From assembly GCA_038087875.1 (NCBI GenBank), contig JAXLNO010005255.1, forward strand, positions 1-64,000: a stretch of DNA of 64,000 nucleotides. Direction: 5' to 3'. Positions 9,797-24,700 of this stretch are shown here, one piece after another (within the stretch, counting starts at the first letter, position 1; each line of letters starts with the position of its first letter). The notes beneath the pieces were generated by a model. That model ran no database searches. It saw nothing but the letters and a program-made list of their open reading frames with translations, and was not told where the DNA came from. The position numbers and the translations under genes were made by a program. This DNA comes from Malacoraja senta. Its lineage: Eukaryota.

Positions 9797-12700
9797 CTAC
9801 AAAGCAAAAAAACATGATGACAGATCAGGGAATCTGTGCTTCAGTATGAAAGTACTGTACGCTGGAGAGAAGATGGATTAGCTACAAACCAGACTTCAAA
9901 CATCCTGCTGATCATGGATTTCAGGACATTCTATTCAATTACATACAGCATTGATAACAAGCATTTTATCATGGAAAAGGTAGATGTTTTACAGAGGTAT
10001 AAGGGGAACATGGATCTCAAATGACAGCAGGAAATACTGGGAGCAACAGCTTTACTCCATGTAGCATCGTGGATGAGGAGAGAACATGCTTACTTACACA
10101 GGCTTGCTTTGTGGAAACTGACAAATTGTGAATAAAGTAGCCATGAAAAATAAACTTCTATTCTGGAAAGATAAAATGCTGGAGTTCACAAGATTGATCC
10201 CTGGGATGGCGGGACTGTCATATGGGGAAAGATTGAAAAGACTAGGCTTGTATTCACTGGAGTTTAGAAGGATGAGGGGGAATCTTATAGAAACATATAC
10301 AATTATAAAAGGACTGGACAAGCTAGATGCAGGAAAAATGTTCCCAATGTTGGGCGAGTCCAGAACCAGGGGCCACAGTCTTAGAATAAAGGGGGGGCGG
10401 ATCATTTAAGACTGAGGTCGGAAAAAACGTTTTCACCCAGACAGTTGTGAATTTATGGAATTCCCTGCCACAGAGGGCAGTGGAGGCCAAATCACTCGAT
10501 GGATTTAAGAAAGAGTTAGATAGAGCTCTAGGGGCTAGTGGAGTCAGGGGATATGGGAAGAAGGCAGGCACGGGTTATTAACCATATAACCATTACAGCA
10601 CGGAAACAGGCCATCTCGGCCCTTCAAGTCCGTGCCGAACATCATTTTTTTTAAATTAAAAAAAATAATAATAATACATCCCCCTAGTCCCATCTACCTG
10701 CACTCAGACCATAACCCTCCATTCCTTTCCCGTCCATATACCCATCCAATCTATTTTTAAAGGATAAAATCGAACCTGCCTCCACCACTTCCACTGGAAG
10801 CTCATTCCACACAGCTACCACTCTCTGAGTAAAGAAGTTCCCCCTAATGTTACCCCTAAACTTCTGTCCCTTAATTCTCAAGTCATGTCCCCTTGTTTGA
10901 ATCTTCCCTACTCTCAATGGAAAAAGCTTATCCACGTCAACTCTGTCTAACCCGCTCATAATTTTAAAGACCTCTATCAAGTCCCCTCTTAACCTTCTGC
11001 GCTCCAAAGAATAAAGCCCTAACTTGTTCAACCTTTCTCTGTAACTTAGTTGCTGAAACCCAGGCAACATTCTAGTAAATCTCCTCTGTACTCTCTCTAT
11101 TTTGTTGACATCCTTCCTATAATTAGGCGACCAAAATTGTACTCCATACTCCAGAATTGGCCTCACCAATGCCTTGTACAATTTTAAGATTACATCCCAA
11201 CTTCTATATTCAATGCTCTGATTTATAAAGGCCAGCACACCAAAAGCTTTCTTTACCACCCTATCTACATGAGATTCCACCTTCAGGGAACTATGCAGTT
11301 ATTCCTAGATCCCTCTGTTCAACTGCATTCCTCAATTCTCTACCATTTACCATGTACGTCCTATTTTGATTTGTCCTGCCGAGATGTAGTACCTCACATT
11401 TATCAGCATTAAACTCCATCTGCCATCTTTCAGCCCACTCTTCCAAATGGCCTAAATCTCTCTGTAGACTTTGAAAATCTACATTATTATCCACCACACC
11501 ACTTATCTTAGTATCATCTGCATACTTACTAATCCAATTTTCCACACCATCATCCAGATCATTGATGTACATGACAAACAACAGTGGACCCAACACAGAC
11601 CCCTGAGGCACCCCACTAGTCACCGGCCTCCAACCTGACAAACAGCCATCCACCATTACTCTCTGGCATCTCCCATTCAGCCACTGTTGAATCCATCTTG
11701 CTACTCCACCATTAATACCCAACAATTTAATCTTCTTAACCAACCTTCCATGAGGAACCTTGTCAAAGGCCTTACTGAAGTCCATATAGACAACATCCAC
11801 TGCTTTACCCTCATCAATTTCCCTAGTAACCTCTTCGAAAAATTCTAGAACATTAGTCAAACATGACCTTCCAGGCATAAATCCATGTTGACTGTTCCTA
11901 ATCAGACCCTGCTTATCCAGATGCTTATATATAATACCTCTAAGTATCCTTTCCATTAATTTGCCCACAACTGACGTCAAACTAACAGGTCTATAATTGC
12001 TAGGTTTACTCTTAGAACCCTTTTTAAACAACGGAACAACATGCGCAGTACGCCAATCCTCTGGCACTATTCCCGTTTTTAATGACATTTGAAATATTTC
12101 TGTCATAGCCCCTGCTATTTCTACACTAACTTCCCTCAACGTCCTCGGGAATATCCTGTCAGGACCTGGAGACTAATCCGTTTTCATATTTTTCAAAAGT
12201 GTCCGCACCTCCTCTTCTTTGAATCTCATAGTTTCCATTGCTACTCTGCTTGTTTCCCTTACCTCACATAATTCCATATCCTTCTCCTTGGTGAATACCG
12301 AAGAAAAGAAATTGTTCAATATCTCCCCCATCTCTTTTGGCTCTGCAGATAGCTGTCCACTCTGACTCTCTAATGGACCACTTTTATTCCTTGTTATCCT
12401 TTTGCTATTAATATAGCTGTAGAAACCCTTTGGATAGGGGACGATCAGCCATGATCAATAGGGGACGATCAGCCATGATCACAATGAATGGCGGTGCTGG
12501 CTCGAAGGGCTGTATGGCCTCCTCCTACACCTATTTTCAATGTTTCTATGGAGTAACTCAGTGGGTCGGCAGCATTCCTGGACCTGCCTGACCTGCTGAG
12601 TTACTCCAGCATTTTGTGTCTTTCCTTGGTAAACCAGCATCTGCAGGTTCTTGTTTCTACAATCTGTAATCTGGATTGGTTCAGCAAGTTTGAAACTTGT

Positions 12701-15700
12701 AGATGCTTCAAGTAGATCAGCCACTGATCCAGCTCTCCTCAGTTTCCCTATCTCTGCATCTGAAAACATGTTTATCCTTGACCAGATTGCATGAATGGTC
12801 AATTTAAAAAGTATCTCTGCGCACCTGCTGCCTGACCCGAGTATTTCTAGCATTGTGTTTCAGTCCTCCATCACCTGCAGATTTGCAATTTTCTATTTGT
12901 AACTTGTCATTTGTTCCAGTCAATCCGATATTTCCGATAATACGAGTCTGAAGAAGGGCCTCGACCTGAAATGCTTCCCATTCCTTCTCTCCAAAGATGC
13001 TGCCTGTCCCACTGAGTTACTACTGCATTTTGTGTTCATCTTCAGTGTAAAGCATCTGCAGCATCAACATTTCCTTCTTACACAATGCGCTATTTGCAAA
13101 TCACAAACTCCTGACATATTTGCCAAATATATTTAATCTTCAGCAAAAGACACATGTGAGAGAACTTACTGACAGTCCATCTGATCCCGTGGGTCAGATC
13201 TTACAGCGAAGACAGGTACGGGATACTGAGTTGGATGATCAGCCATGATCATATTGAATGGCGGTACAGGCTCGAAGGGCCGAATGGCCTACTCCTGCAC
13301 CTATTTTCTATGTATCTATGTATCTATGACCCATGAGCATTACTGAAGGGGGCTGCAAATCTGTTCAGTTGAGAAGGGATCAGCTGCCAGCAAGATTGGG
13401 GGAAGGGGGTTGGGCAGGAATCTACAATAGGGCCTCCATTGTAAGTCTTAGCTGATCAGTGGTGCAGGAACAAGAATGATTGGGGTTAGATCTTGGGGAT
13501 CAAGAGGCCAGTACAGGGCCCACCTTAGGTTCCAACCAGTGTTGCATTGTGAATGGGGAAAGAAATTGTGGAGAACAATACATCCAGAATGAAGGAGCTC
13601 GGTGAAATTAGCATTAGTAAAACAAAAAAGCATTGGGGGAAATAAAGCAACTAAAGATGATAAATCCCCATGGCTGGACAAACTGCATCTTAATATTTTG
13701 AAAGATGGCTATAGCAACAGTGGTTGTCATCTTTCAAAATTCCATAAATTGTGGAACTTTCCCCACAAAACAGAAGGTAGAAAATTCCAGAAAGGAGGGA
13801 GATTAAAAAATGGAAAGTTTCAGATCAATCTGCCTTTTAGAGTTATGGAAAATAATGCAATCTATTAATACAGGATTAGTAACATGATGCTTCAAATAAA
13901 TAGGCTGGGTAGGGTCAAGTTGATTTACAATGACAAATGTTTGACAAATCCATTCAAGTTTTTTTTAAGGTTTAACTAGCAGGGGTAAGGGTGTGTATTT
14001 AGACATTCAGAAAGTGTCCTACTAAGTCCCATTAATAATTTGGACGAAAGGATCAAAATGTATAGAAGTTTGCTAACCAAAGCAGGGTGGCTGTGTGAGC
14101 TGAACAGGATTAGGAGAGGCTTCTTTGGATAATGACAGGTTAAATGAATGAGCAGGGACATGCAGATGAAATATCATGCAGAAAAATGGTTGGAAGAAAC
14201 ACAAACAAGTATATTCTTTATGAAACAGTATCCTGGGCATGATCAACTTGGTTGAACGTCTGTGGCAATGCCCCAAAAGAAGAAAGAAGGACAAAACCCT
14301 GCAAAGACCAATGCGGAGACAACATCAGATGCACAACGGGGACAATCACAGTAAATACTGCAGTTTCCAGAGTAAAAGGGATTTCAAGACACTGCATGAA
14401 AACATCACCGTGCCAGAATTTCAAGCATTAGTTGTCTTCACTTGAGTTCATCCCCATTACCTCACTGGTGGCTCCTGGATCATGTGATTGATCTTTGCCA
14501 CCTTGATCTCCATTACTGGAATTAATCAGCTTGGCATTCTATAAAGCCTTTGCCTGAAGCAAATATGTTTTAAGTGAGAAAAGGGTGGCACGGAGGCTCA
14601 GCGGTAGAGTTGCTGCCTTACAACTCCGGGTTCCAGAGTTTGTACATTCTCCCCATGGGTTTTATAGACAATAGATAATAGACAATAGGTGCAGGAGTAG
14701 GCCATCCGGCCCTTCGAGCCATTCAATGTGATCATGGCTGATCATTTTCTCCGAGATCTTCGGTTTCCTTCCACACCAAATACTGGTTTGTAGGTTAATT
14801 GTGTTGGTATAAATGTAATTTGTCCCTCGTGTGGGTCTTGTGAGTCTGTGGAATTCTCTGCCACAGAGGGCGCTTCTCTGGATACTTTCAAGAGAGAGCA
14901 AGATAGAGCTCTTGAAGATAGCGGAGTCAGGGGATATGGGGAGAAGGCAGGAAAAGGGTACTCATTGTGGATGATCAGCCATGATCACATTGAATGGCGG
15001 TGCTGGCTTGAATGGCCATTTGGCCTACTCCTGCACCTATTGTCTATTGATAGTGTTAGTGTGCGGGGATTCCTGGTCGCTGGTCGGTGTGGACTAAGGG
15101 CCTGTCCCACTTGGGCCGTCACTTACGCAACAGGCCGGTAGTGAAGGTCGCGCGATGGTCCCGTGAGAGTCGCGCGTGTCATCATGCGCCCGCACAGCCG
15201 TCTGGAGCACGTGACGTCATTTGAAAATGGGCACAAAATGCAGGAGTAACTCAGCGGGACCGGCAGCATCTCTGGAGAGAAGGAATGGATGATATTTTGG
15301 GACGAGACCCTTCTTCAGTCTGAAAAAAGGGTCTTGACCCGAAACGTCACCCATTCCTTCTCTCCAGAGCTGCTGCCTGTCCCTCTGAGTTACTCGGGCA
15401 TTTTATGTTTATCTTGAATCGTCTTGGCCCCGATCTGGGAGTAGGAGTGGGAGCGGATCCGGATCCGCAACGGCCGTGAGCCACAGGCTGAGTTCGACGA
15501 TCGTTTGCCTGCTTCTGCAGCTGTTGGAGGTGAGACGTTGCGTCGTGCCAGGGTCTTGGGCCTGTCCCACTTTGGCCGTCAGTTACGCGACAGGCCGTTG
15601 GCACGTGAAGATTTTGTGCAGGACGAAGTCCACACTCCTCCACACCACACCCCACTCCTCCACACCACACCATGCGCCCGTCCCCGTGCTACCCACGTAC

Positions 15701-18700
15701 TACCCACACGCTAGCAAGTCGCGTAAATGGCGCGCAAAAGACAGCCAAGTCCTGTTTCAGCACTGCATCTCTAAGCTAAACTAAAACATGGGTGAAGCCA
15801 GCACCAAAACTCAGAATCACAGTTCAAACACCAGTGAGCGAACTGTCAAATATTGGCACATGCCAGATTTTGGTTAACAGTTACTACATAGCAAAGTATA
15901 TTTTTGTAAAAGATAGATAAATATTTGAGGCAAAGGAAAATAAAAGCTTGCAGGAAAAGGCCAAGGTTATAGGATTGTTCCAGCAAAGAATCAATGATCC
16001 TTTATTCACATCCATAACCTGCACCTCAAACGTCTGGATTGAATCCCCTTCATTATACGTGTATGGTCCCAATAGGACCCCTTCGGCTTGATTTTCATCA
16101 TCCAAGCCCTGTGAACAAGTAGAAATTAGCAAGCTTTACACACAGAAAATTACTCTCCAGTCACCCCAACAATTCTACCAGCTGGTGAAAGCAGGACTTC
16201 CGCCCTTGCCTGGAAGAAAGCTTCAAGATTCAAGAGAGTTTATTGTCATGTGTCCCTGATAGGACAATGAAATCCTTGCTTTGCTTCAGCACAACAGAAC
16301 ATAATAGGCATTGACATAGTAGGCAAGACATTGGTTGAATATATAAAGTAATTTCATTTCAAACAATCAATTGGAAAAATGTCATCACCTCATTTAGCAC
16401 ATGAAGTGAATCTGTACACAATCAAACAGAATGAAGATGCGTAGCATCAACTCTCATCTGTGGTAGAATCAGTGTGTCCCACCACAGGGGCCTCATCAGG
16501 CACCTCTATACCCACAGAACTAGAGTGGAAGCAAGTCATCCTCAATCCTGAGAGAATACCAGTGAAGAATTGTCACCCCCATTCAGGAAAGAACTTGGCA
16601 TTCAAATTGTCCCTAGTATGTGTAGGGTAGTGTTAACGTTAATCTCATCTATTGGTTGTAAAGTTGCTTCATCACTGTATGAAGCTTTTGTGGTTAGCAG
16701 TGTTGAGGATTGTGCAATAAAGTGACAAAACTCTGTGAAGTCAGTGAAAACCCAGAATCACAGTTCAAACACCAGTATGAGCAACTTGTGTAGCATGGAA
16801 GATTGAAGATTATATTAGAGGGCCTTCTATTTGATGGATTATTGTTCTGGACTGTGAAATGGAATTTGCTCATTTTTAACAGAACTTGTTAATGTTATTG
16901 ACATGGATTGTGAGACCACACGGGACCCTGAACATGGAATCCAATGTCCAAGAAAGCCTTGCCATGTTCAGCAGCATGCTCCAGACAAACACCATGGTTC
17001 CCAAACATTCACTCATATTCTATACGTTTCACTCACATAAACAGAGAAGTCTTGAGGGGCACTTCTAATTGATGCACGCGGAGAAATGGATCTTGGAATG
17101 TGATCTAGGGTAAAGGCTGTTGGCCTGATCCGGACAGCAAGCTCGATGACAACAAAGCCTTGGGAGCCTTTAAATGGCCAACAGTTGCCAGGATGAACCT
17201 CCGGCTGCAAGAGAGAACAAGAAAAAAAACATTACGAAAGATTCTCAGTTTAGTTTAGAGATACAGCGCGGAAACAGAAAATATTAACACTATCCTACAC
17301 ACACTCGGGACAATTTTGTTTTACATTTACCAAGCCAATTTACCTACAAACCTGTACGTCTTTGGAGAGTGGGAGGAAACCGAAGATATAGGAGAAAACT
17401 CACGCAGGTCACGGGGAGAACGTACAAACTCCGTACAGACAGCACCTATAGTTGGGATCGAACCGGGGCTCTGGCGCTGCAAGCGCTGTAAGGCAACAAC
17501 TCTACCACTGTGGTGCCCACAATTCTCTACCCACAATTATCCCCCTTCCTTTCAACAGAACACTGATTCTTCCTACAGGGACAGCAAAGATTTAATTTTT
17601 GGACACGATCCACGTGAGGATATGAGGATACTTACAGAATAATGAAAGGCATAGAGTGGATGTGGAAAAGATGTTTCCACTTGTGGGGGAGTCTTGGACC
17701 AGAGGCCATAGGCTCAGAATTAAAGGGTGCGCCTTTAGAAATGAGGTGAGGAGGAACTTCATTACCACAGAGGGCTGTGGAGGCCAAGTCTGTGGATATT
17801 TTTAAGGCAGAGATAGACAAATTCTTGATTAGAACGGGTGTCAATGGTTATTTTGGGAACAGGGATGGGTTGTTGGGGTTGGGGTTGCTATGGCAGGAAT
17901 CTGCAGTCTCGACCCCTCAATGTTTTCTGCCAATTTACCTCAACCCTGCACAATGAGAAAACGCGCTACAATTTTCCAGCAGAGCCCATTGCTGCTTTTG
18001 GTTCATGGTGTAACAATTATTATGTTAATGCAGAGAACAGGAGTTACTGAGACATTTTTAACACACTGTCCCCAAGACAATACTCGCACACCATTTACAA
18101 AGTATCAGGACAAGTACCTGAACCAGCAGGACCTCTGTCTCGGGCAGTGTGATCAAATGCAACCCAAAATATGCTTTCTCTGATTTCCTCTAAATCTTTC
18201 TTTATTTTAAAACCTCAACCCTCTGGACTTAGGCACCTCTGTAAGCTACAGGCAAATGCTGGCAAATGGGATTAGTTGTACGGGTACCTGATGGTTGACG
18301 TGGATGTGTTGGGCACAAAGGCCCTGTTTCTGTGCTATATGACACCACAAGTGGATTTAAAAATCTGAACTCAATTGAAGATTTGACAAATACACTGGCA
18401 ATCTACATCCAGGTGAGAGGAATGGGGAGCAGAAAGTGTCAGAGTTTGGTTAAAGCAGATGGAAGGAGCCACTTTTCCTTAAGGAAGGATATTTTTGCTA
18501 TGGAGGGAACACATCAGAAGTGCAGCAAATTAACTGTAGGGATGGCAGGGCCAACGTATGAAGAACAATCTGGTCAATATTCACTGGAGTTTGGAAGGAA
18601 TGATAATTTTATAGAAACCTACAACATTTAGAAGTTGTAACAGGACTGGAAAGATTCGAGGTAAGATGTTCCTGATGCTGGTGAGTTTCAGGACCAGGAT

Positions 18701-21700
18701 CACAGTGCGAGGATAAGTTGAGGTCATGTAGAACTCAGAGGGGGAGAAATTTCTTCATCCAGAGTGGTGAACCAGAGGAATTCTCTATCATGGAATGCAA
18801 TTGAAATCATATCGTTGAATATACTCATGAGTTAAATATTGTTCTTGTAGCTAGAGGGACCAAGAGGTATGGGGAGAAAGGTATGGGGAGTCCCCCAACT
18901 GGGGACACAATTTGGATGATCAGCCATGATCACACTGAGGGGTTGAGTGGGCTTGAAGGGCCACATTGCTTACTCCTGTTCATAATTTCCATGTTTCTAT
19001 TCCATATCCCACAACTGTGGTACTGAACAAGCACGCATGATGGGCCAATGCATGATTTTTTCGACATATATATCAATACCTTGCATTCGTCTGACTGGGA
19101 AGAACTGTTATGCAGACAGAGTATGTTTCACATAAACCTGGGGAAAGCAGAAGACACACACTAGTTGTGGTGCCCCCAACAGTAAATCTTGAAGTTGTGG
19201 ACCTATAGCGTCCCTGTACCTTGCTGCCTCTAGGAGAGTATTCGAAGGTCACTGCTTTCAAGACAGAAGGGAGCAGCAGTACAAGGATTATATACCTGAA
19301 TGACAGCTGTGGGTGAGTGAGATTGATACCACAGTGGAATGCCAAACAGACTAAGAATAGTCTTGGTCTCTATCGTCTCTGTGCAGCGAGTGTGGATCAC
19401 ACTGCCACCTAACAAGAGAAAACAGAATCATTATCATATCACTGAATGGACAAAGTTAATCATGAATCCTTCAAGAAATATGTAGGTTTGCAGGGAACTG
19501 CAAAACTCTGGCAGAGGGATTGGAAAGTTTTTGCTTGAGTGCTGACCACTAAGAAGAACTTTCCAATTTGTCCAAGAACTCAACACATCCAGCACAACTG
19601 CAGAAATAATTTAATGTTACAATCACAATTGTTAAAGTAAATTTGAAAGCTAATTTTCATACAATGTCCAACAGGTTGGAGCACAGAATCCAGCTGAAAC
19701 TTTAAATACACAGCTGAATGGCCACCAGGTGGCAGTGGTTAGATAGGTACCCTCCCAAATCTCAACCATTTACTTGCTCTCATCATTTTTCCATTCAATA
19801 CAACTATAATAAACAAGGAGCTATTTTTGCAAAAAATTAAGTACAATGAGAAAGATTTCTGTAACATAAAATGGAAGCAAAACTTCTACCTGCTGACCAA
19901 GATATAAAAATATTGTTATTCGTAGGCAGTTAGCTGGGAACATGTGCAACAAATGACTGCTGTCTGCATAGGTTCTTTTTCTCAATTATATAAAGCTGTG
20001 GCGATCCCTGAGGGTTAGGCCACTCCTTGGGTCATCCCCCTCGGCTATTGAGGGACAGGGGCGTTGGTCTGCCACGGGGTTTCCCGAGGTCCTTCTCAGG
20101 GTGTGTGTTCTCGCTGCGACAATAAAAACTACTGTTGAACCTGCCTGACCTCTGGCCTTTTCCCGACCTCGTCCAGGCTGCTACAAAGCCATTTAGCATT
20201 ACATCTGACCTAGTTTAGAGACTAACCAGGAAGGACAATTTATCTTGTAGAACATATATTTTTCATATATTGTAGAACATATATTTACATCGCAGGAACA
20301 GGCCCTTTTGTCCCACTGTGTCTGCACCAACCATGATGTCAGCCTAACTTATCCCATCTGACTGGACATGGTCTACATCCCTCTACTCCCTGTCTGTTCA
20401 TGTATCTGTCCAAATGCCTTTTAAAGATTACTATTGTATCTGCTTCCACCACCTCCCCTGACAGCACACCTGCAGTTGTGCAAGAAAAACTTGCCTCACA
20501 CATCTCCTTTAAACATCCCCCCTCTCACCTTAACTCTATGCCCTCGTGTATTTGACATTTCCACCCTGGGGAAAAGACTGCCTCCTCCATCTATATATCT
20601 CTCATAATTTTATATACTTCTATCAGGTCTCGTCTCAGCCTCTGACGCTCCAGCAACAACATTCCGTTTGTCCAACCTCCCCTTATAGCTAATATTCTAT
20701 TCTAACATTCTGTCTAATCCAGGCGGCATCCTGGTCATTCTGCAGATGGCTGAAGCCAAAAGTAGATCTTCAGCTTTCTACACAATTCCAATTGTCCAAT
20801 GTTAGCTTGAGAGGAACCCAGCTTCTATCCACATTTCAAACCATGAGCTTGTCTTCTTTTCTTGCACTTCTACAGGTGTTTAAGATTTCATTCGTCTGCC
20901 ACTAGTTGCATCTCCACCGATCCAGCTGGTATCGACATTCATCTCAAATATCTCCTGGTCTCCAGTCTATCTATTTTGTTCTCACTTTCTCTGCAACTTA
21001 AACTTTGCTTCAAGGAATAAAACTGGCCAACCAACAGAAGAGGGGTGCAATTAAATCAGGGCAGCACAGTGACGGATCGGTAGACCTCATGCCTGACAGC
21101 ACCAGAGACTTGGGTTTGATCCTGACTACGGGTGCTGTCTGTACGGAGTTTGTACATTCTCCCTGAGACGGCATGGGTTTTCTCCAGGTGCTCTGGTATC
21201 CTCCCACACTCCAGAGATGTACAGGTTTGTAGGTTAATTGTAAGTTGTAAAATTGGCCAGAGGGCAGAGTAAGACCCATCTTTTCTTCATAAGCATTAAA
21301 TGACGTGGAGTTCCAGATTTGTAGATGATACTGTGAACTGGGGATATTCATGGAATTGGAGGCAAATACAGAATATGGTTTCAACAGCTGTAATTCAAAT
21401 GTGAAATATTTCATTTTGGGAGGAATAAGGCAATGTAAACTAGAGGGCACAATTCTAAAAGGAGTGAAGAAACAACAGTGTCTCTGGAATGGGTGACGTT
21501 TCGGGTCGAGACCCTTCATCAGACCTTCACATCCTTCTTACACACGTGGGTGATATATGTGCCTAGTTTACTGAAAGAAGGAAGTTTAGGATGTTGTTTA
21601 AAAACGCCTGTACTTTATAAATAACAGCTCAGGGTACAAGAGCAAAGAAGTGATGGGGAACTTTGTAAAACACAGGCTTGGCCACAGCTGGAGTAGTGCA

Positions 21701-24700
21701 TCCAGTCCTGGCTGCCTTGCCCTCAGAAAGGCATGAAGGTTTGGAGAGAGTGCACAAGAGAGTAACCAATGTGTTTGCAGGGATGGTGGAGCAGTGGACA
21801 GAATGAAGATGGCCGATGGTGCCCCAGGGCAAGGCCATCCCACCGATGGCTCGGCCTTTAAATGAGTTGTGGCTGGTGCAACATCAAGCAGTTACAAGTT
21901 AAATTAACATTCAGCAGTGTGATCCTCAGCAGCTCTGGGGAAACCTGTACTGTCAACATAGATCTGTACTTGCCTATTCAGGACATATTGCCCAGTGTGA
22001 AAGAGACCCCATTCCACAGGAGCAAGTCAAACATGACTAAAGTGCCTGCCCACACAACACCCTTTCAGTCTGTTACATTCAGAGTTTTACTTGGCCCGGG
22101 CTTTTGTCTGATACTTACCAGCAGATTCCAGTGCATAATCCACCAATCCAACCCTGTCAGCGCTGTACAGTTTCAGGGCTTCCTCCACAATGCTTTTCAC
22201 TTCCTACCAAAGGAAAAAATAACAATAATCTGGGATAAGAAGGGGGCAGTAGAGTGTAATAGAGTGCAGAGCCCACACACATACAGAAACCAGACGGGCA
22301 ATGCTCCCTTCAACAGGTCCCACAAAATGATCCCTCTTATCCATTCCCATAATCTGGAATTAGCAAGGTGTAATAAAAGTGAGCGATGGAGAGCCCAAGT
22401 TTACTGCATAGAAGGCAGCAGGATTATGTGATCAGGTCAATAATTATTACAGTACATTGACATGGATAGGACAGGTTTGGAGGGATCTGGGGCAAACGCA
22501 GGCAGGTGGGACTAGTGTAGCTGGGACATGTTGGCCGGTGTAGACTGATGCAATGTTCCATTCAGTTTGACATTGCCTTACTACCTGTCCTTCACAGAAA
22601 GGTTCCTGAAGAAAACTACCTGTGACCACGTGATCAAGGTAGAACGAGCTAAAGGTACTGTGGGAGAAGGACTCGATGTATCCCATCAGATGGCTCCCCA
22701 AGCAGACAGAGGAACTCACCAACAGTAGTGTGAGGAGCCTTCCCAGTCAGACCCTGCCTGCTCTGTCAGAAAAGCACCCCACTGCACGCTGCCATTGAGA
22801 TGGTTGTGGTGTGGACAACATTCACCTCCTTATGCACTGGGTGTTTGACAGGAAGGTCAGAAGAAGAATGCAAGGGCTCTTGTCATGGTTCATCCTGTGC
22901 AGTTGTGCATTAGTGATCTATGAGCTCTTCACAGGGACGCACAAGATAAATGTCAACTGCTGCTGGAAGATCATTATCTCAGCGGAAGACTCACTTTGGT
23001 CTGCCCAAAAATTGATCTTCCCGCATAAGATGTGGGTAAATGAATTGCTGCCGACTGGCACATTCCAGGGTGTGAGAGAATGTGGTGTGAGGGACACACT
23101 GAAGCTCAGTGCAGTGACCACAGAGGCTGTGGAGGAGTGGCCTTGGTCTAAGGTCCGGCCACCACTAGACACTGAGGGACTCTCAGACACTTCATGGGAG
23201 CACTGTTTAAGGATGTGGTGTTTATTGACACATTGCAAGTGAAAGTGCTGAATTGATGGAACGTAGAGCAAGACATGCCCCAATTTCATTACTTTATATC
23301 TATATAATTAAAAGTCTCATCTTGACCACTTCCTGTTTGCACTGCATATTGATTTTAGAAAAAACGCTACCACTTACAGTTGTGATTTTTAGTCATCTTA
23401 CTCAGATTCCCCCTCCGCTGCAGAGGGCAAGAGGATTTTTCCCATCGATGAAAAATAAAAGAGTTATTTGTGTTTTAAAAATGTTGAGATTCTCTCTCCT
23501 GTCAATCACTGCCATGAAGGCCACGCCCCTTCTGGTGGGAGGGGGAGGGACTATAAAACCCGGAACTGTTGGAGTGGCTCAGGGTCTGCAAGATGGGGGA
23601 GGGAGAGGTCACCTTGGTGGCCTTGCACCCTGCTTGAAATGGTAACCATATAACCATAACAGCACGGAAACAGGCCATCTCGGCCCTAGGAACTGCTTTT
23701 CAATTTGGTGGCCTTGCACCCTGCTTGAAATGGTATGAAACTGCTTTTGAATTTGGTGGCCTTGCACCCTGCTTGAAATGGTAGGAAACTGCATTTGAAT
23801 TTGGTGGCCTTGCTCTCTGCTTGAAATGGTAGGAAACTTCATTTGAATTTGGTGGCCTGCACTCTGCTTGAAATGGAATTTAAAGGAATAGCCTCGAGTC
23901 AACTGCCAGTCCACCAGCCGTGAGTGAGTGAGCTGCCAGCACACCAGGCTTGAGTGACTGAGCTGCCAGCCCAATAATCCATTCGGCCCACAATGTCCAT
24001 ACTAGCCCTCTGGAAACCAGTCCCTTCAGCCCACATCACCCAGAAAGCCCCCCCCCCACCAATATTGGAATTGGTGGAGAGGTGGAATATTGCGTTGGGG
24101 GACCAGCCCTCCCGTGGGAACATGGGACCCAACGGGTCCCACTTAGTCTAGTATTATCAATAAATTACATTTCTGAAATACAATAGTGTGTTCCAGAGTT
24201 AGAGCCACTGGCTGCTTGCATGCTTGTACCTTAATAATCCCTGCTCTGACAGCTGCCGAGTGTGTCTCCATTGCCGGACCAGGATAAAGTGATGCATCTG
24301 AGAGGATCTTCTTCTCCAAGCCAGCAAGGAGGGCCTCGAGTTCCTTGTGATGCACCAGCTGTGCTGTCAGTGGTTCCCCTGTGCTGTCTTGTGATGAACC
24401 GAAGAGCAGCTTGTGGACAAGTGGGAGCAACGCCGTCTCCTTCTAAACACACAAGAGCTGGATAGTCAGTGCTCCTCCTTGTAGACATTGAAATCAATGC
24501 AAAGCAGTATCTTTGTCATCTTAAAAAATATATTATTTTACAATTGTTGATCCTTTGGCGAGGGAGACAAGGCAAGGGAATACATTATAGCTGAAAGGAT
24601 ACTGAACTGTGGTGGGGAACAAAAAGATCTTGGAGAGATTGTTGTGTAGGAAGGAAATGCAGATGCTGGGTTACACTGAAGATAGACACAAAATGCTGGA

